Shown: piece after piece, positions 21,350-33,636 of the stretch | How the letters are laid out: the number at the start of each line of letters is the position of its first letter | Position numbering within the stretch: position 1 is the first letter of the stretch | Assembly (NCBI GenBank): GCA_963815115.1 | Contig: CAWFFN010000009.1 | Span: 384,001-448,000 of the forward strand | Origin: an uncultured delta proteobacterium | GTDB taxonomy: Bacteria > Desulfobacterota > Binatia > DP-6 | Direction: 5' to 3' | DNA: 64,000 bases | Notes under the pieces: model-generated | The model's database searches: none | Told to the model about the DNA's origin: nothing | Seen by the model: the letters and a program-made list of their open reading frames with translations, nothing else | Made by a program: the position numbers and the translations under genes

Positions 21350-21757
21350 TCAGTGCGAGGAAGGCGGGGCAGTCTGCAAGGAGCGCACGTAGCTCGCGAT
21401 GGAGACGACCTTCGCGTGCATCGCGAGCTGCTGCTCGGGCGAGGAGTGATCCGTCCGAAACACCTCGCCCCACACCGGCATTTCGGACAGACCGTGCGCG
21501 CGCACCGTGCGAGTTCCATCAATCGCTTCGACGACGGCTGGCAGAGGAAACTGGCCCCCATTTGCAGCGGCGATCTGCGTCAGATTCGTGGGCTGCTGCC
21601 CCAGTGCGGGCGCCACGAACCCGTCCCCTTGCCCACTTCGGCCGTGGCAGGCGGCGCAATAGCGCAGATAGAGCGTCCGGCCCGTCTGGTCGGCCGCGTA
21701 CACCGTTACGACGGAGCACAGGGCCAGCATCACAGTCATTGAGAGCGTCCTGAGCAT
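21350..21757 (-). CDS. Monoheme cytochrome c
   Basis: Signal peptide, 'YCAACHG', distal 'EMPVWG'. Confidence 0.9.
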   Translation of the reverse strand: MLRTLSMTVMLALCSVVTVYAADQTGRTLYLRYCAACHGRSGQGDGFVAPALGQQPTNLTQIAAANGGQFPLPAVVEAIDGTRTVRAHGLSEMPVWGEVFRTDHSSPEQQLAMHAKVVSIASYVRSLQTAPPSSH

Positions 21758-21954
21758 CGTGAGGTCACCTCGATCGGCTGGTATTGCAAAGAGCGTTGCC
21801 AGTTGTCGAACCACCGGCGTCGGCCGGTGGGGTCTGCGGCGAGCGCGTCTGTGAGCAGCTCGCGCAGCAGCCCCGACCTCGTCACGCGGCGGGCAGGGTG
21901 GCGCTCCCGTTCGCGCTTGACCATCGCGTCGATGGCACCAAAAAGGCTACCCAT
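21736..21954 (-). CDS. Small ribbon-helix-helix/CopG-like protein
   Basis: 'AIDAMVKRERERHPARRVTRSGLLRELL' resembles the RHH 'sRS.liRe' helix. Lies downstream of the terminase-like gene. Confidence 0.4.
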   Translation of the reverse strand: MGSLFGAIDAMVKRERERHPARRVTRSGLLRELLTDALAADPTGRRRWFDNWQRSLQYQPIEVTSRCSGRSQ

Positions 21955-22035
21955 CCGCGAGGTCGCGGAACAGGATCCCCCGGGCGCGTCACGGCGTGCT
22001 CTGCTCTGGGTCGGCGGCTAGCACAGCCTCCACCA

Positions 22036-22338
22036 TCAGGGCGAATCGTCGTCCCATTTCGCCCCTTGCGCGTCAGCCCGGCGGCAGAACTCGCGCCAGA
22101 TGTAGTCCGACAACTCCGTTTCTGGATCCAACCATGGCCTGAATTCGCGCGCCCGTTCAGGACGTTGCAACAGCGAGTGCGTGGAGGCGCGCCACTCCTC
22201 GAGGGCGCTCACGCAGTCCCATCTCCCGTCCTCCTGGCGCGTGATCTTGCCGCACTGCTCGGCCTTGACGATGGCGGTCCGGGCCACGCCGAGCACGCGC
22301 GCCAGTGCGGCGTCGGTCTCCACGAGCGCTCTGCTCAT
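22036..22338 (-). CDS. Putative terminase small subunit (gpNu1-like wHTH)
   Basis: 'DAALARVLGVARTAIVKAEQCGKITRQEDGRWDCVSALEEW' fits a Nu1/MerR-like wHTH. Lies about 135 bp downstream of the cos-like site. Confidence 0.55.
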   Translation of the reverse strand: MSRALVETDAALARVLGVARTAIVKAEQCGKITRQEDGRWDCVSALEEWRASTHSLLQRPERAREFRPWLDPETELSDYIWREFCRRADAQGAKWDDDSP

Positions 22339-22472
22339 CGGGGTGACACCTTTTCGTGGAACATGCGCTGCCATCAATCGTCCCGCAACGCGAGCACGGT
22401 CAATCCTTTACATCCGCCGAGCGGTCGGTCGTGACACCCCGATTTTGGGGGTGAAATAGGGTCGAACGCCGC

Positions 22473-22514
22473 GCGCCCACGCCCCGCATCGCTTCGGGCC
22501 TCCTGGAAGGACCC
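22473..22514 (-). other. Lambda-type cosQ-cosN-like packaging site
   Basis: Minus strand GGGTCCT + 23 nt + GGGCGTGGGCGC. Lambda (from memory) has GGGTCCT + 23 nt + GGGCGGCGACCT. Confidence 0.6.
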
Positions 22515-22596
22515 GCCGGGACGCTTTTTTTTCTCGGCCTCTTACCCCTTTGGCGGCTCTAGAGGGCTCCCAGCCCAAGGCGCGCCCAGCAGCCTA

Positions 22597-23080
22597 TCAA
22601 GCCCTGCCTCCTGTTGTCCGACCGTCGATGGGTGCGGGGGATGTCCCGGAACCTGCACGGGGCGCCGAGGCGGCCGCAAAGGAGCTCATCCGGGAGTCGC
22701 GCTCGTGTGCGCTCCGGCTACGTCCGGATCCGGCTCGCTCGACGCGACTCACCAGCGGAGCGGCCGCGAGGGCAAGCACGGCCACCAAGCCGACGATACC
22801 GAGAGCGAGGCGCACACCGGAGCCCTCACGTGGCTGGCCGCGCACGATACACACGATCCACTTCCAATGCAGGAGTACGTGCACCGACAGCGCCCAGGAG
22901 CGCCGCGGCCATCCAGAAGTGGACGCCGCCCCAGTCGTGGCGGTCGAGCCCCCAGATCGTCATGCGGTGGCCACTCCCTGGCGGCAGAACGAAGCGGAGC
23001 AGGACGCCGCTCGCGGTCATGAAAACGAAGCCGCAGAAGGCGATCGCGTCGACGACGAAGTTGAGCGCGGGGCGTCTCAC
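22597..23080 (-). pseudogene. DUF4405-family membrane protein (cytochrome b-like), frameshifted
   Basis: 'LNFVVDAIAF..FVFMTASGVLLRFVLPPGSG..WGLDRHDWGGVHFW', then frameshift to 'HVLLHWKWI'. Confidence 0.75.
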
Positions 23081-23202
23081 AAGCGCCAGGACATCTTCTT
23101 CGCAACGCCCGGCGGGGCAAGTCGCCCTGCGTGGCCTCACCGCGGACGTCGACGGCGGCGTCGCGCTTGCGGCGCGCGCCACGGAAGAGGTACGCGACGC
23201 GG

Positions 23203-23919
23203 CTAGCGAGCGCCCGTTCGAGTTGCCGGGAGCGCCATTGGTCGCGCGTCTGGGCCGCGCAGGTGCTCACGCGCGCGCTGGGCACGATTGATCCACGCCG
23301 CACGTCCGCGAAGCAGCAGAAGCCCCGAGGCGACGACGACCGCGGCAAGGTAGACACCCCGCATCCACCCCAGGTGGGTGTCGCTTCCCGCGAGGACGCC
23401 ATGAGCGGTCGCCAGGACGAAGACGACGAAGGTGAGGTGGTGCAACCGCCTCCAGGTTCGCGCGCCAATGCGGTGGCGCAGCTGGAAGCTCACCTGCACG
23501 ACGACGGCCAGAAAGGTGGCGAAGACACCGAGGGCGACAGCAGTGGGACGGTACGGCGCGATGAAGGGCACGAGCGCATCCAGGACATCGAAGCGCACGA
23601 AGCCGTCTCCCGTGAGCAGCAGCGCGTGGGTCGCCACCAACATGAGCGTGACGCTGGAGAGCCAGCGATGCACGTCGACGCTCCGGGCGCGGGAGATCCA
23701 GCCATCCGCGGCGCCGGTGGAAAGGAAGAGACCGAAGGTCACGTCGAGTGCGAGCGCGACGAACGCCGTCACCCCAGCTGCGCGGGAGGCTGCCCAGAGA
23801 AACGGGCCCGTGCTTCGCGGCATGACGCCTGCGACGAGGCCCGCCCGTGCGGCCAGCGCGTCCGCCACGGCGAGCAGCGCGAGGCCCACCACGACCCCCG
23901 TGACGGTGGCGCTACGCAT
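23203..23919 (-). CDS. Ferric reductase-like transmembrane protein (MsrQ-like)
   Basis: 'WAASRAAG', 'DVHRWLS', 'ATHALL', 'WRRLHHLTF..FVLATAHG..AGSD' His heme ligands. Confidence 0.85.
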   Translation of the reverse strand: MRSATVTGVVVGLALLAVADALAARAGLVAGVMPRSTGPFLWAASRAAGVTAFVALALDVTFGLFLSTGAADGWISRARSVDVHRWLSSVTLMLVATHALLLTGDGFVRFDVLDALVPFIAPYRPTAVALGVFATFLAVVVQVSFQLRHRIGARTWRRLHHLTFVVFVLATAHGVLAGSDTHLGWMRGVYLAAVVVASGLLLLRGRAAWINRAQRAREHLRGPDARPMALPATRTGAR

Positions 23920-24811
23920 CGCACACCACGACGTCGCCCAGCAGTTCGACGCCGCCGGTCTGCTTCACGAGCACTGCGCCGACCTCGCGCATGCGCGCGA
24001 GAAAACACCGCGCCGCTCGGCTGCCGAGAATGAAGGCCGTCTTGGCGAGCACGTCGGCGAGCTCCGTGCTTCTGGCGACGACGGTTACCTGTGCCAGGTC
24101 GGAGTCGGCGGATCGCCGTGCGCGCGGATCGATCAGGTGGTGCGCTTGCCTGGTCCCGACTCTCCACCGGCGCCGATTCGGTGCGCTGGTGGCAACGGCG
24201 CGATCGCGCACGCGCAGCGCCAGGACGACGCGGCCGGGGTCGAAGGGATCCTCGACCTCGACGACCCAGCCGGCGCCATCGGGTCCGTCGCCGCGGGCGA
24301 GCGCATCGCCGCCGGCGTCGATGAAGCCCGGCACGGGAACGAGCGATCCCGCGAGGTCGACGGTGCGGCCCTTCACGAACCCGCCGAGATCGATCTGGAG
24401 GTCCGGCGGGCGACACACGGTGCCGGTCGTCTCATCGAGCACGACATCGAGGATGCTCAGAGGCCGCGGACGGTGCCCGGTCCCCTCCCGGTCCAGCGCG
24501 CCCGGTGAGAACGACCGGTCGTAGCCCAGTGCAAGGAGCGCCGCACCGACGGCGGGATCGAACACGCCCCCGGTGAGCATGGTGTAATGGTGCGTGCGGC
24601 GCAGGACGCCGAACATCTCCGCCGACACCGTCACCGGACCCGTCGCGCGGTTGACACGTGACAGCTCGCTGTCGGGGCGGAACCGGCTAAACCTGCGCTC
24701 GCTGGCGGTGAAGACCGCGGCGACGCGGCGGGCGACGGCCTGTTCGTCGGCCGGGGAGAGTCGGGGCGCCGCGACGGTGACGTCGGTATTCATGGCCCGG
24801 AATGTCGGCAT
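23912..24811 (-). CDS. apbE: FAD:protein FMN transferase (ApbE family)
   Basis: 'FRAMNT', 'FSRFRPDSELSRVN', 'FDPAVG', 'IDLGGFVKG', 'DAGGD', 'VATS', 'HHLIDPR'. No signal peptide seen. Confidence 0.92.
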   Translation of the reverse strand: MPTFRAMNTDVTVAAPRLSPADEQAVARRVAAVFTASERRFSRFRPDSELSRVNRATGPVTVSAEMFGVLRRTHHYTMLTGGVFDPAVGAALLALGYDRSFSPGALDREGTGHRPRPLSILDVVLDETTGTVCRPPDLQIDLGGFVKGRTVDLAGSLVPVPGFIDAGGDALARGDGPDGAGWVVEVEDPFDPGRVVLALRVRDRAVATSAPNRRRWRVGTRQAHHLIDPRARRSADSDLAQVTVVARSTELADVLAKTAFILGSRAARCFLARMREVGAVLVKQTGGVELLGDVVVCDA

Positions 24812-25146
24812 CACGAGCTCCGCGTCCGGATCCGCACCGGGCGCGACCGGGTGGCACGCACCAGGGTCGGTGTCGGCTCGCGCGCGACCGGTCCCGCAAC
24901 CGTCCAGCCGGCCGGCAGTTGCACGGTCGGGCGTCGCGACGGGGGAATATCGGCGAGCCAGACGAACTGGACGTCGTCCCGAGCGGCCGCGGATTGCCGG
25001 CTCGACGGCGGTGGTGCCGCGTCCTGCAAGGTTGGCTGCACGGCGAACCACGCCAGCAGATACGTGCTCGCCAGTCCCGCGGTCAGCAGGAGACGCCATT
25101 CGAGGGGAGACAGGTCGAGGCGCGGTTCGGGTCGGTCAGTCTTCAT
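24811..25146 (-). CDS. Small membrane-anchored protein ending in 'RIRTRSS'
   Basis: One TM segment and a Pro/Ala-rich linker. Its stop overlaps the apbE start (TGATG). Confidence 0.7.
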   Translation of the reverse strand: MKTDRPEPRLDLSPLEWRLLLTAGLASTYLLAWFAVQPTLQDAAPPPSSRQSAAARDDVQFVWLADIPPSRRPTVQLPAGWTVAGPVAREPTPTLVRATRSRPVRIRTRSS

Positions 25147-25468
25147 CGTCGTCCTCGTGATGGACCGCGCGCGGACGGGTGCCGGCTGATGCGAGCCGCG
25201 TGTGCGTGGGAGCCGGTGACTGGACACCTCGCGCTGCGGGCGGTGCCGGTTGGACCGGCACCAGGACCACCGGAGACACCTGGTCCGGTGGACTGGAGTC
25301 CGCTATCGGCGCGTTCACCGCGCCCGTCTCGAGGGGCTCGAGCTGCCGCGGCGGGTGAACGTAGCCAAGCAGCGCGCCCAGCGTGACGCCGATGGCCAAG
25401 GTGACGGATGCCGAGGCGACGGCGATCGCCAGCCCAAGGCGTGGGTTCAGGGGTCCTTCTCGTTCCAT
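25136..25468 (-). CDS. Small membrane-anchored protein with His/acidic tail
   Basis: GGAGG RBS, one TM segment, C-terminus 'HHEDDDED'. Confidence 0.65.
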   Translation of the reverse strand: MEREGPLNPRLGLAIAVASASVTLAIGVTLGALLGYVHPPRQLEPLETGAVNAPIADSSPPDQVSPVVLVPVQPAPPAARGVQSPAPTHTRLASAGTRPRAVHHEDDDED

Positions 25469-25541
25469 GACGATCCTCCATTGGTCGCGAGTTCTTCATT
25501 GCGATACATCCTTCGAGGCCCTGGCTCCGTCCATTCCACGG

Positions 25542-26132
25542 ATGTCAGAGACGAACGACTTCCAAGGGTTGCCGCGCGTGGATCGTACGGATGACAGAAG
25601 CGAACGGAGCCTGACGGCCGGCCTGACCGCGGTCTTCGCGCTGGTAGCGGTGCTGACCGCCGTGGACCTGGCCACGGACGTGAGGGAAGGCACGTGGCTG
25701 CGCCACGTCCTGATCGAAGGGTCCGTCACGCTCGTCGGGCTCACGGGGTTCGTGTGGATGGCTCTGCGGTTCCGCGCGATCTCGTCGCGGGCGCGCCGCC
25801 TCGCCGAGCATGCGCAACATCTGGAGCAGTCCCTCGAAGCTTCACGCCGCGAGGCCGAGAAATGGCGCCGCGAGGCGGGGGATCTCATTGCGGGACTGAG
25901 CCAGGCCATCGACCGCCAGCTCGAGCGCTGGGGGCTCTCGGCGGCCGAGAAGGAGGTGGCACTCCTGCTCCTGAAGGGTCTGAGCCACAAGGAGATCGCC
26001 GGAATACGCGGCGTGGGTGAGGCCACGGTCCGCCAGCAGGCGATGGCGCTCTACCGCAAGGCGGGACTCGAGGGACGCCACGACCTCGCGGCGTTCTTCC
26101 TGGAGGATCTGCTGGAACCGCAATCGCGCTAG
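25542..26132 (+). CDS. Membrane-bound LuxR-family regulator
   Basis: Two TM segments, a coiled coil, and 'LSAAEKEVALLLLKGLSHKEIA..R.VGEATVR' HTH. Divergent from the apbE operon. Confidence 0.88.
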   Translation: MSETNDFQGLPRVDRTDDRSERSLTAGLTAVFALVAVLTAVDLATDVREGTWLRHVLIEGSVTLVGLTGFVWMALRFRAISSRARRLAEHAQHLEQSLEASRREAEKWRREAGDLIAGLSQAIDRQLERWGLSAAEKEVALLLLKGLSHKEIAGIRGVGEATVRQQAMALYRKAGLEGRHDLAAFFLEDLLEPQSR

Positions 26133-26208
26133 CGTCTGGATCCGCGGGACGGCGAAGCGCCCGCTCTACGGCCGTCCGCGCCGGACTCGAGCGCGTGTCG
26201 GTCGTACG

Positions 26209-27417
26209 TCATGGGCCAGGGCGCGGTCGCACGCGCACCCCGTCGGCGATGGCGTCGCTCGGGTAGACCACCACCTGGCTGCCTTCAGCGAGCCCCGTGT
26301 CGATCACGGACTCGCGCTCGCCGCGCGCGCCGACCGCCACGGCGCGCCGCCGCGCCCGGCCGCCCTCGACGACGTAGGCGGCCCACCCGTCGCCGTCGCG
26401 GAACAGCGCTCCGGACGGCGCGACCAGGGCATCGTCCCGCTCCTCGACGGTGATCCGTGCATCGACCCGGAACCCGTCGCCCAGAGACCGCCAGCGCTCC
26501 GCGGGCGAGACGATGTCGACCACCACGTTGACGCGTTGCTCCTCCACCCCGAGCGCCGACAGCTTCGTGAAGCCGGACGGCTCCACGAGCCGCACCCGCC
26601 CCTCGAGCGGCATGTCTCCGCCCCAGCGCTCGATCGACACGCGTGCCCCGGGCGCGACCCGGACGGCGTCCACCGTCAGCAGGTCCACGACGACTTCGAT
26701 GTCGTTGGGGTCGGCAAGCTCGAGCAGCGGGGTGCCCGCGCTGACGACCGCCTCGCTCTCCTGGAGGACGCGCAGCACGCGGCCCTGCACCGGCGAGCGG
26801 ATCTCCCACGGCTCGCCGCTTGCCCCCGATTCCCGCCGCGGGTCGCGCAACCGGAGCAGCGCGGTGCGCGCCATCTCGAGCTCGTGCTCGGCCAGGTGGT
26901 GTCCGAACTCCGCGGCGGCCATCTCCTTGATGCGCATGTCCACTGCGAGCTGCGCGCGCTCGATGTCGGTCTGTGAGAGGCCGGCCGCCGTCGAGAGCCT
27001 CTGGACACGAGCCAGTTCCACTTGCTCCTGGGCGAGGTTGATGCGCGTCCGCTCGAGCACCGCCGCGGCTCGCCTGGCCGTGGCTTCCGCCGCCCCGACG
27101 CGCTCGCCGAGCTCCTGACGCGACCGGGCGTCGAGCAGCGTGGGCGCCGTGGGAACGATGGACAGTAGAAGCTCCCCGCGCGACACCTCCTCTCCTGCAT
27201 GCCGGTCGACGCGGAGGACCGTCCCCATCACCGGCGCCGAGACGACGTAGCGCTCACGCACCCGCGTCGTGCCGTCCTCCTCGACCGTGAGCTCGAAGCG
27301 GCCGCGCTTCACCGTGGCAACGTCCACCGGGACGCTGCGAGGCCACAGCAGGGCGGCCGCGATCGCCATCCCGAGGAGACCCGCCACGACGAGCAGGAAT
27401 CTGCCGAAGTGTCGCAT
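26209..27417 (-). CDS. Efflux periplasmic adaptor (MFP/HlyD family)
   Basis: N-terminal TM, 'VVSAPVMG', 'IRSPVQGRV', 'KLSALGVEEQRV'. Confidence 0.9.
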   Translation of the reverse strand: MRHFGRFLLVVAGLLGMAIAAALLWPRSVPVDVATVKRGRFELTVEEDGTTRVRERYVVSAPVMGTVLRVDRHAGEEVSRGELLLSIVPTAPTLLDARSRQELGERVGAAEATARRAAAVLERTRINLAQEQVELARVQRLSTAAGLSQTDIERAQLAVDMRIKEMAAAEFGHHLAEHELEMARTALLRLRDPRRESGASGEPWEIRSPVQGRVLRVLQESEAVVSAGTPLLELADPNDIEVVVDLLTVDAVRVAPGARVSIERWGGDMPLEGRVRLVEPSGFTKLSALGVEEQRVNVVVDIVSPAERWRSLGDGFRVDARITVEERDDALVAPSGALFRDGDGWAAYVVEGGRARRRAVAVGARGERESVIDTGLAEGSQVVVYPSDAIADGVRVRPRPGP

Positions 27418-27423
27418 CGCTCC

Positions 27424-30515
<3,092 letters not shown>

Positions 30516-30722
30516 CGCCCGGCGATCAGGCCAGAGCACCGCCCCGCCGGTCAAACCCGGTCGGTCGATTCTCGGCGATGCGACGCTTCGCGCGATCGGT
30601 TCGACGTGCATCAGGGCACGGCCCGGGATCCAGCGTCATCGACACGGAGGTGTCCTGGTTGAGTAACTCCCCGGGCTGCGCCGTCGACACCAAGCTGGCA
30701 CTAGCTGATATATGCCGATCCC

Positions 30723-31112
30723 ATGGTCCGACTCCTCGCTGCTCTCGGACTGCTCCTCGCCGGTTGCGCGCACGAACCGAACTATCCGCGGCACGGGGAA
30801 GCGATGTACGTCCGGTACTGCGCGTCCTGTCACGGGGTCACGGGGAAAGGCGATGGGCCCGCCGCCGCGCTGTCGCCTCCGCCGACGGACCTCACGAAGT
30901 CCGACCTGAGTCTCGCCGAGTTGATGAAGGTGATCGACGGCCGCCGCACCGTACGTGCCCACGGCACGGCGGCGATGCCGGTGTGGGGTGAGGTGTTCGA
31001 GCAGACGGCGGCGGATCCGGGACGCGAGCATCGCCAGGCCCTGCGGGACGTGCAGGCGGTGGCGGAGTACGTCCAGGCGCTCCAGGCGCGCGCCAGGCAA
31101 GGGGGGACGTGA
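30723..31112 (+). CDS. Monoheme cytochrome c lipoprotein
   Basis: Lipobox LAGC, 'YCASCHG', 'AMPVWG'. Confidence 0.9.
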   Translation: MVRLLAALGLLLAGCAHEPNYPRHGEAMYVRYCASCHGVTGKGDGPAAALSPPPTDLTKSDLSLAELMKVIDGRRTVRAHGTAAMPVWGEVFEQTAADPGREHRQALRDVQAVAEYVQALQARARQGGT

Positions 31113-31117
31113 CGCGG

Positions 31118-31440
31118 TTAGCGAGCAGCCTGCTCGGGTTCGCCGGAATCGCCATCGGTCGAGCACCTTGACGACCTCGAGCCACCCGACGCTCGCGATC
31201 CCAGCGGCGAAGCAGAGCGATGTCGGGAGGATGCAGCGGGGAGATGCGGAACAGCGTCCGCAGGACGGGAACGTAGAGGACCAGACCGACCAGGAGGAAT
31301 GTCCGCCGACGATCCACGAGAGGGCGCGGTTCGGCACCCGCATGGCTTCGAACGCGGGGCGGGTCGAGGACCGGTTCACGAAGATCAGGCCGAGGTTCGC
31401 GACGATGAGGGTGGTGAAGCCGACGGCGCGCGCGTTCGCC
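31118..31440 (-). pseudogene. C-terminal fragment of a second P-type ATPase
   Basis: 'ARAVGFTTLIVANLGLIFVNRS..PNRALSWIVG', 'YVPVLRTLFRISPLH', 'WLEVVK' read across frameshifts. Confidence 0.7.
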
Positions 31441-31500
31441 CGGCACGGCCGGCGGTAAGCAGCCGACCGGGCAGGTCGCTCGATTCCTAGGAGCGGAGGA

Positions 31501-32564
31501 TCACTTCATGACGCAGTTGACCGTTGACTCGACAACGAGGCCGCCGCCAACGGTCAGGATCGCGCCCGTCACCTGCGGCGGAGTCCCCTGGATGAATGCC
31601 GCGGCGATCGCCGTGGCGCCGGCGGCGATGTCTCCGCCGTCGCTGTCGAAGTCGAACTGTGCCTCGTTGCCGATGGTCGGGCGCGCCGGCGCGGTGGCGA
31701 TGTTGCCGCCCGAGATCGCGCGCGCCTGATAGCTGCCGACGGCGAGGTTGTTGCCGTCGACCGAGATCTTCGAACGATTCGCCCGCTGCTCGCACTTGAC
31801 GATCACGGTGGCGCTCGCTGACGGCGGTGGGAACGACGTGCAAGGATTCGGGGTGCAGGTGCCCGTCCCCGCGTTGATACCACCCTCGACGGCGCACGCC
31901 GCGGAGGTTCGGTCGTCGCAACTCGGGCCGCTGTCGTCCGCGAGGCAGCACTGAATGTCGTCGTTCGCGGGCGCTACGGACGACCCACAGGGGTTCGGGA
32001 CGCACGACACCGCCCGGACCACGACGCCGCCCTGCACCGCACAGTCGTCCGTGGTGCGATCTTCGCACTCCGGGCCGCTGTCGTGCGGGATGCAGCAGAT
32101 CACGTCGCCACCCGCCGGCGGCGATCCGCCCGCACACGGGTTCGGTAGACACGACGTCGCGGTCGATACCGTCCCCCCTTGCGCCGTGCACTCGGCCGGC
32201 GCCCGGTCCTCGCACTCCGGGCCGCTGTCGTGCGGGATGCAGCAGATCATATCGGACCCGTTGTCGGCGAGCGCCACGGCGAGGACGTCGCGTCCGGAGT
32301 CATCGCGAACGACGAGCAGCGCTCCGCGCGGGTCGAAGCCGAGCAGCACGTCCTTCGCGGAGCGCGGGCGGCTGCGGAACCGGATGCGGCCGATGCCCTT
32401 GGCGGTCGTCGTGAACCGGCCGACCAGAACGCCGTCGACCAGCACTTCGTACGGCGCACTCGAGACGAGTTTCTGCGCCTTGACGACGAGGCGGCCGTTG
32501 GAAGCATCGCGAACCTTCAGCCTCACTGTGCCGCGTGCGTTGTCGTCGACGCCGGTCGACGAGC
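31501..32564 (-). pseudogene. Cys-rich repeat extracellular protein; N-terminus removed by the 89-bp element
   Basis: Three units of 'I(C/Q)CC..DSGP.C.DR...C...GG......C.PNPC'. The ORF-track start at 32634 lies inside the 89-bp element. Confidence 0.7.
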
Positions 32565-32653
32565 TGATAGGCACGACGAAGGGCCTTTTGCCGCGGAGGC
32601 TTACAGAACGCCCCATCCCGGACCTTCGCCGCATTTTCGCACGCTCCGTAACA
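32565..32653. repeat. 89-bp TG..CA element, copy 1 (MITE or IS-end remnant)
   Basis: TGATAGGCACGACGAAG...GCTCCGTAACA. One mismatch to the copy at 44604-44692. Confidence 0.85.
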
Positions 32654-33436
32654 GAAGAGCTCGAGCATGATCAGCTCGAAGACCCCGAGGCCTCCCGGCA
32701 GGTGACTCGCGACACCCGCCACCTGCGCCACGACAAAAACGATGACGAAATCGCTGAACACCGGCCGGTGCGCCGGGAGAAGCACGAAGAGTACCCCTGC
32801 GGCGAGCACCCAGTCGACGGTTGACAAGCAGACGTGTGTCAGCGCGAGCTGCACTGAAGGCAGCCGGACCCGCCAGCGCCGCCGGCCGAGCCGGGGAGGC
32901 GCGAGCGCGCATACTAGCAGGTACGCGCCAACGGCGATCAGGCAGGCAGCGCCGATTGAGGGCAGCGACAGCTGGGCAGGCAGCCCGGTGGCCGGGATCG
33001 AAGAGGCAACGAGGAACGAGAGTCCCAGTAGCACGAGGATCCCGAGCCAGAACGTGACGGAGTTCAGTCCCGCCACGCCCGCCACGGCGCGTGGTGACAG
33101 ACCCCATCCTGTATGGATGGGGAGGCGCATCGCCGTGCCGCTGAGAAACGAAGCGCCGACGCTGTGCGCGAAGGCGTAGCTCACGAACGACGCGAAGGCA
33201 GTCCTGCGATACGGCAGCGGCTTGCCGACGAAGCGAAGCCCGAGCACGTCGTGGATCGTCAGGATCAGATAGTTGAGAGCGGTCAGCACGATCGCGAAGC
33301 CGACGGAAGACGCCGGCACCACACGCAGCCCCGACATCACCTGCGGCCAGTGATATTCGCGAAGTTGGTGTGAAAGGAGCACCGATGTCGCCGCGAGCAG
33401 CAGCAGGCTGACGACCACGTTCGCCCGGTGCCGCAT
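32654..33436 (-). pseudogene. Lysylphosphatidylglycerol flippase domain (MprF N-terminal/UPF0104), truncated
   Basis: 'LNYLILTIHD', 'SFVSYAFAHSVG', 'SHLPGGLGVFE'. Ends at the 89-bp element. Confidence 0.8.
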
Positions 33437-33636
33437 CCGCACTATCCCGTTCCATGCCGCATGCCGGACCCCGACCGCTTTCGCTCGATGAGAGATCCGT
33501 GACCGCCAGAGTGACGACCATGACCCCGCGTGACCGTCCGCGGAAGGGGTACGATTGGCGCGCACGCCGATCCCTCGTTGAGCTGCATGCTGGGCCGGCA
33601 CGTACTCGTGATCGGCACGCCGCGATGATTGACCCA

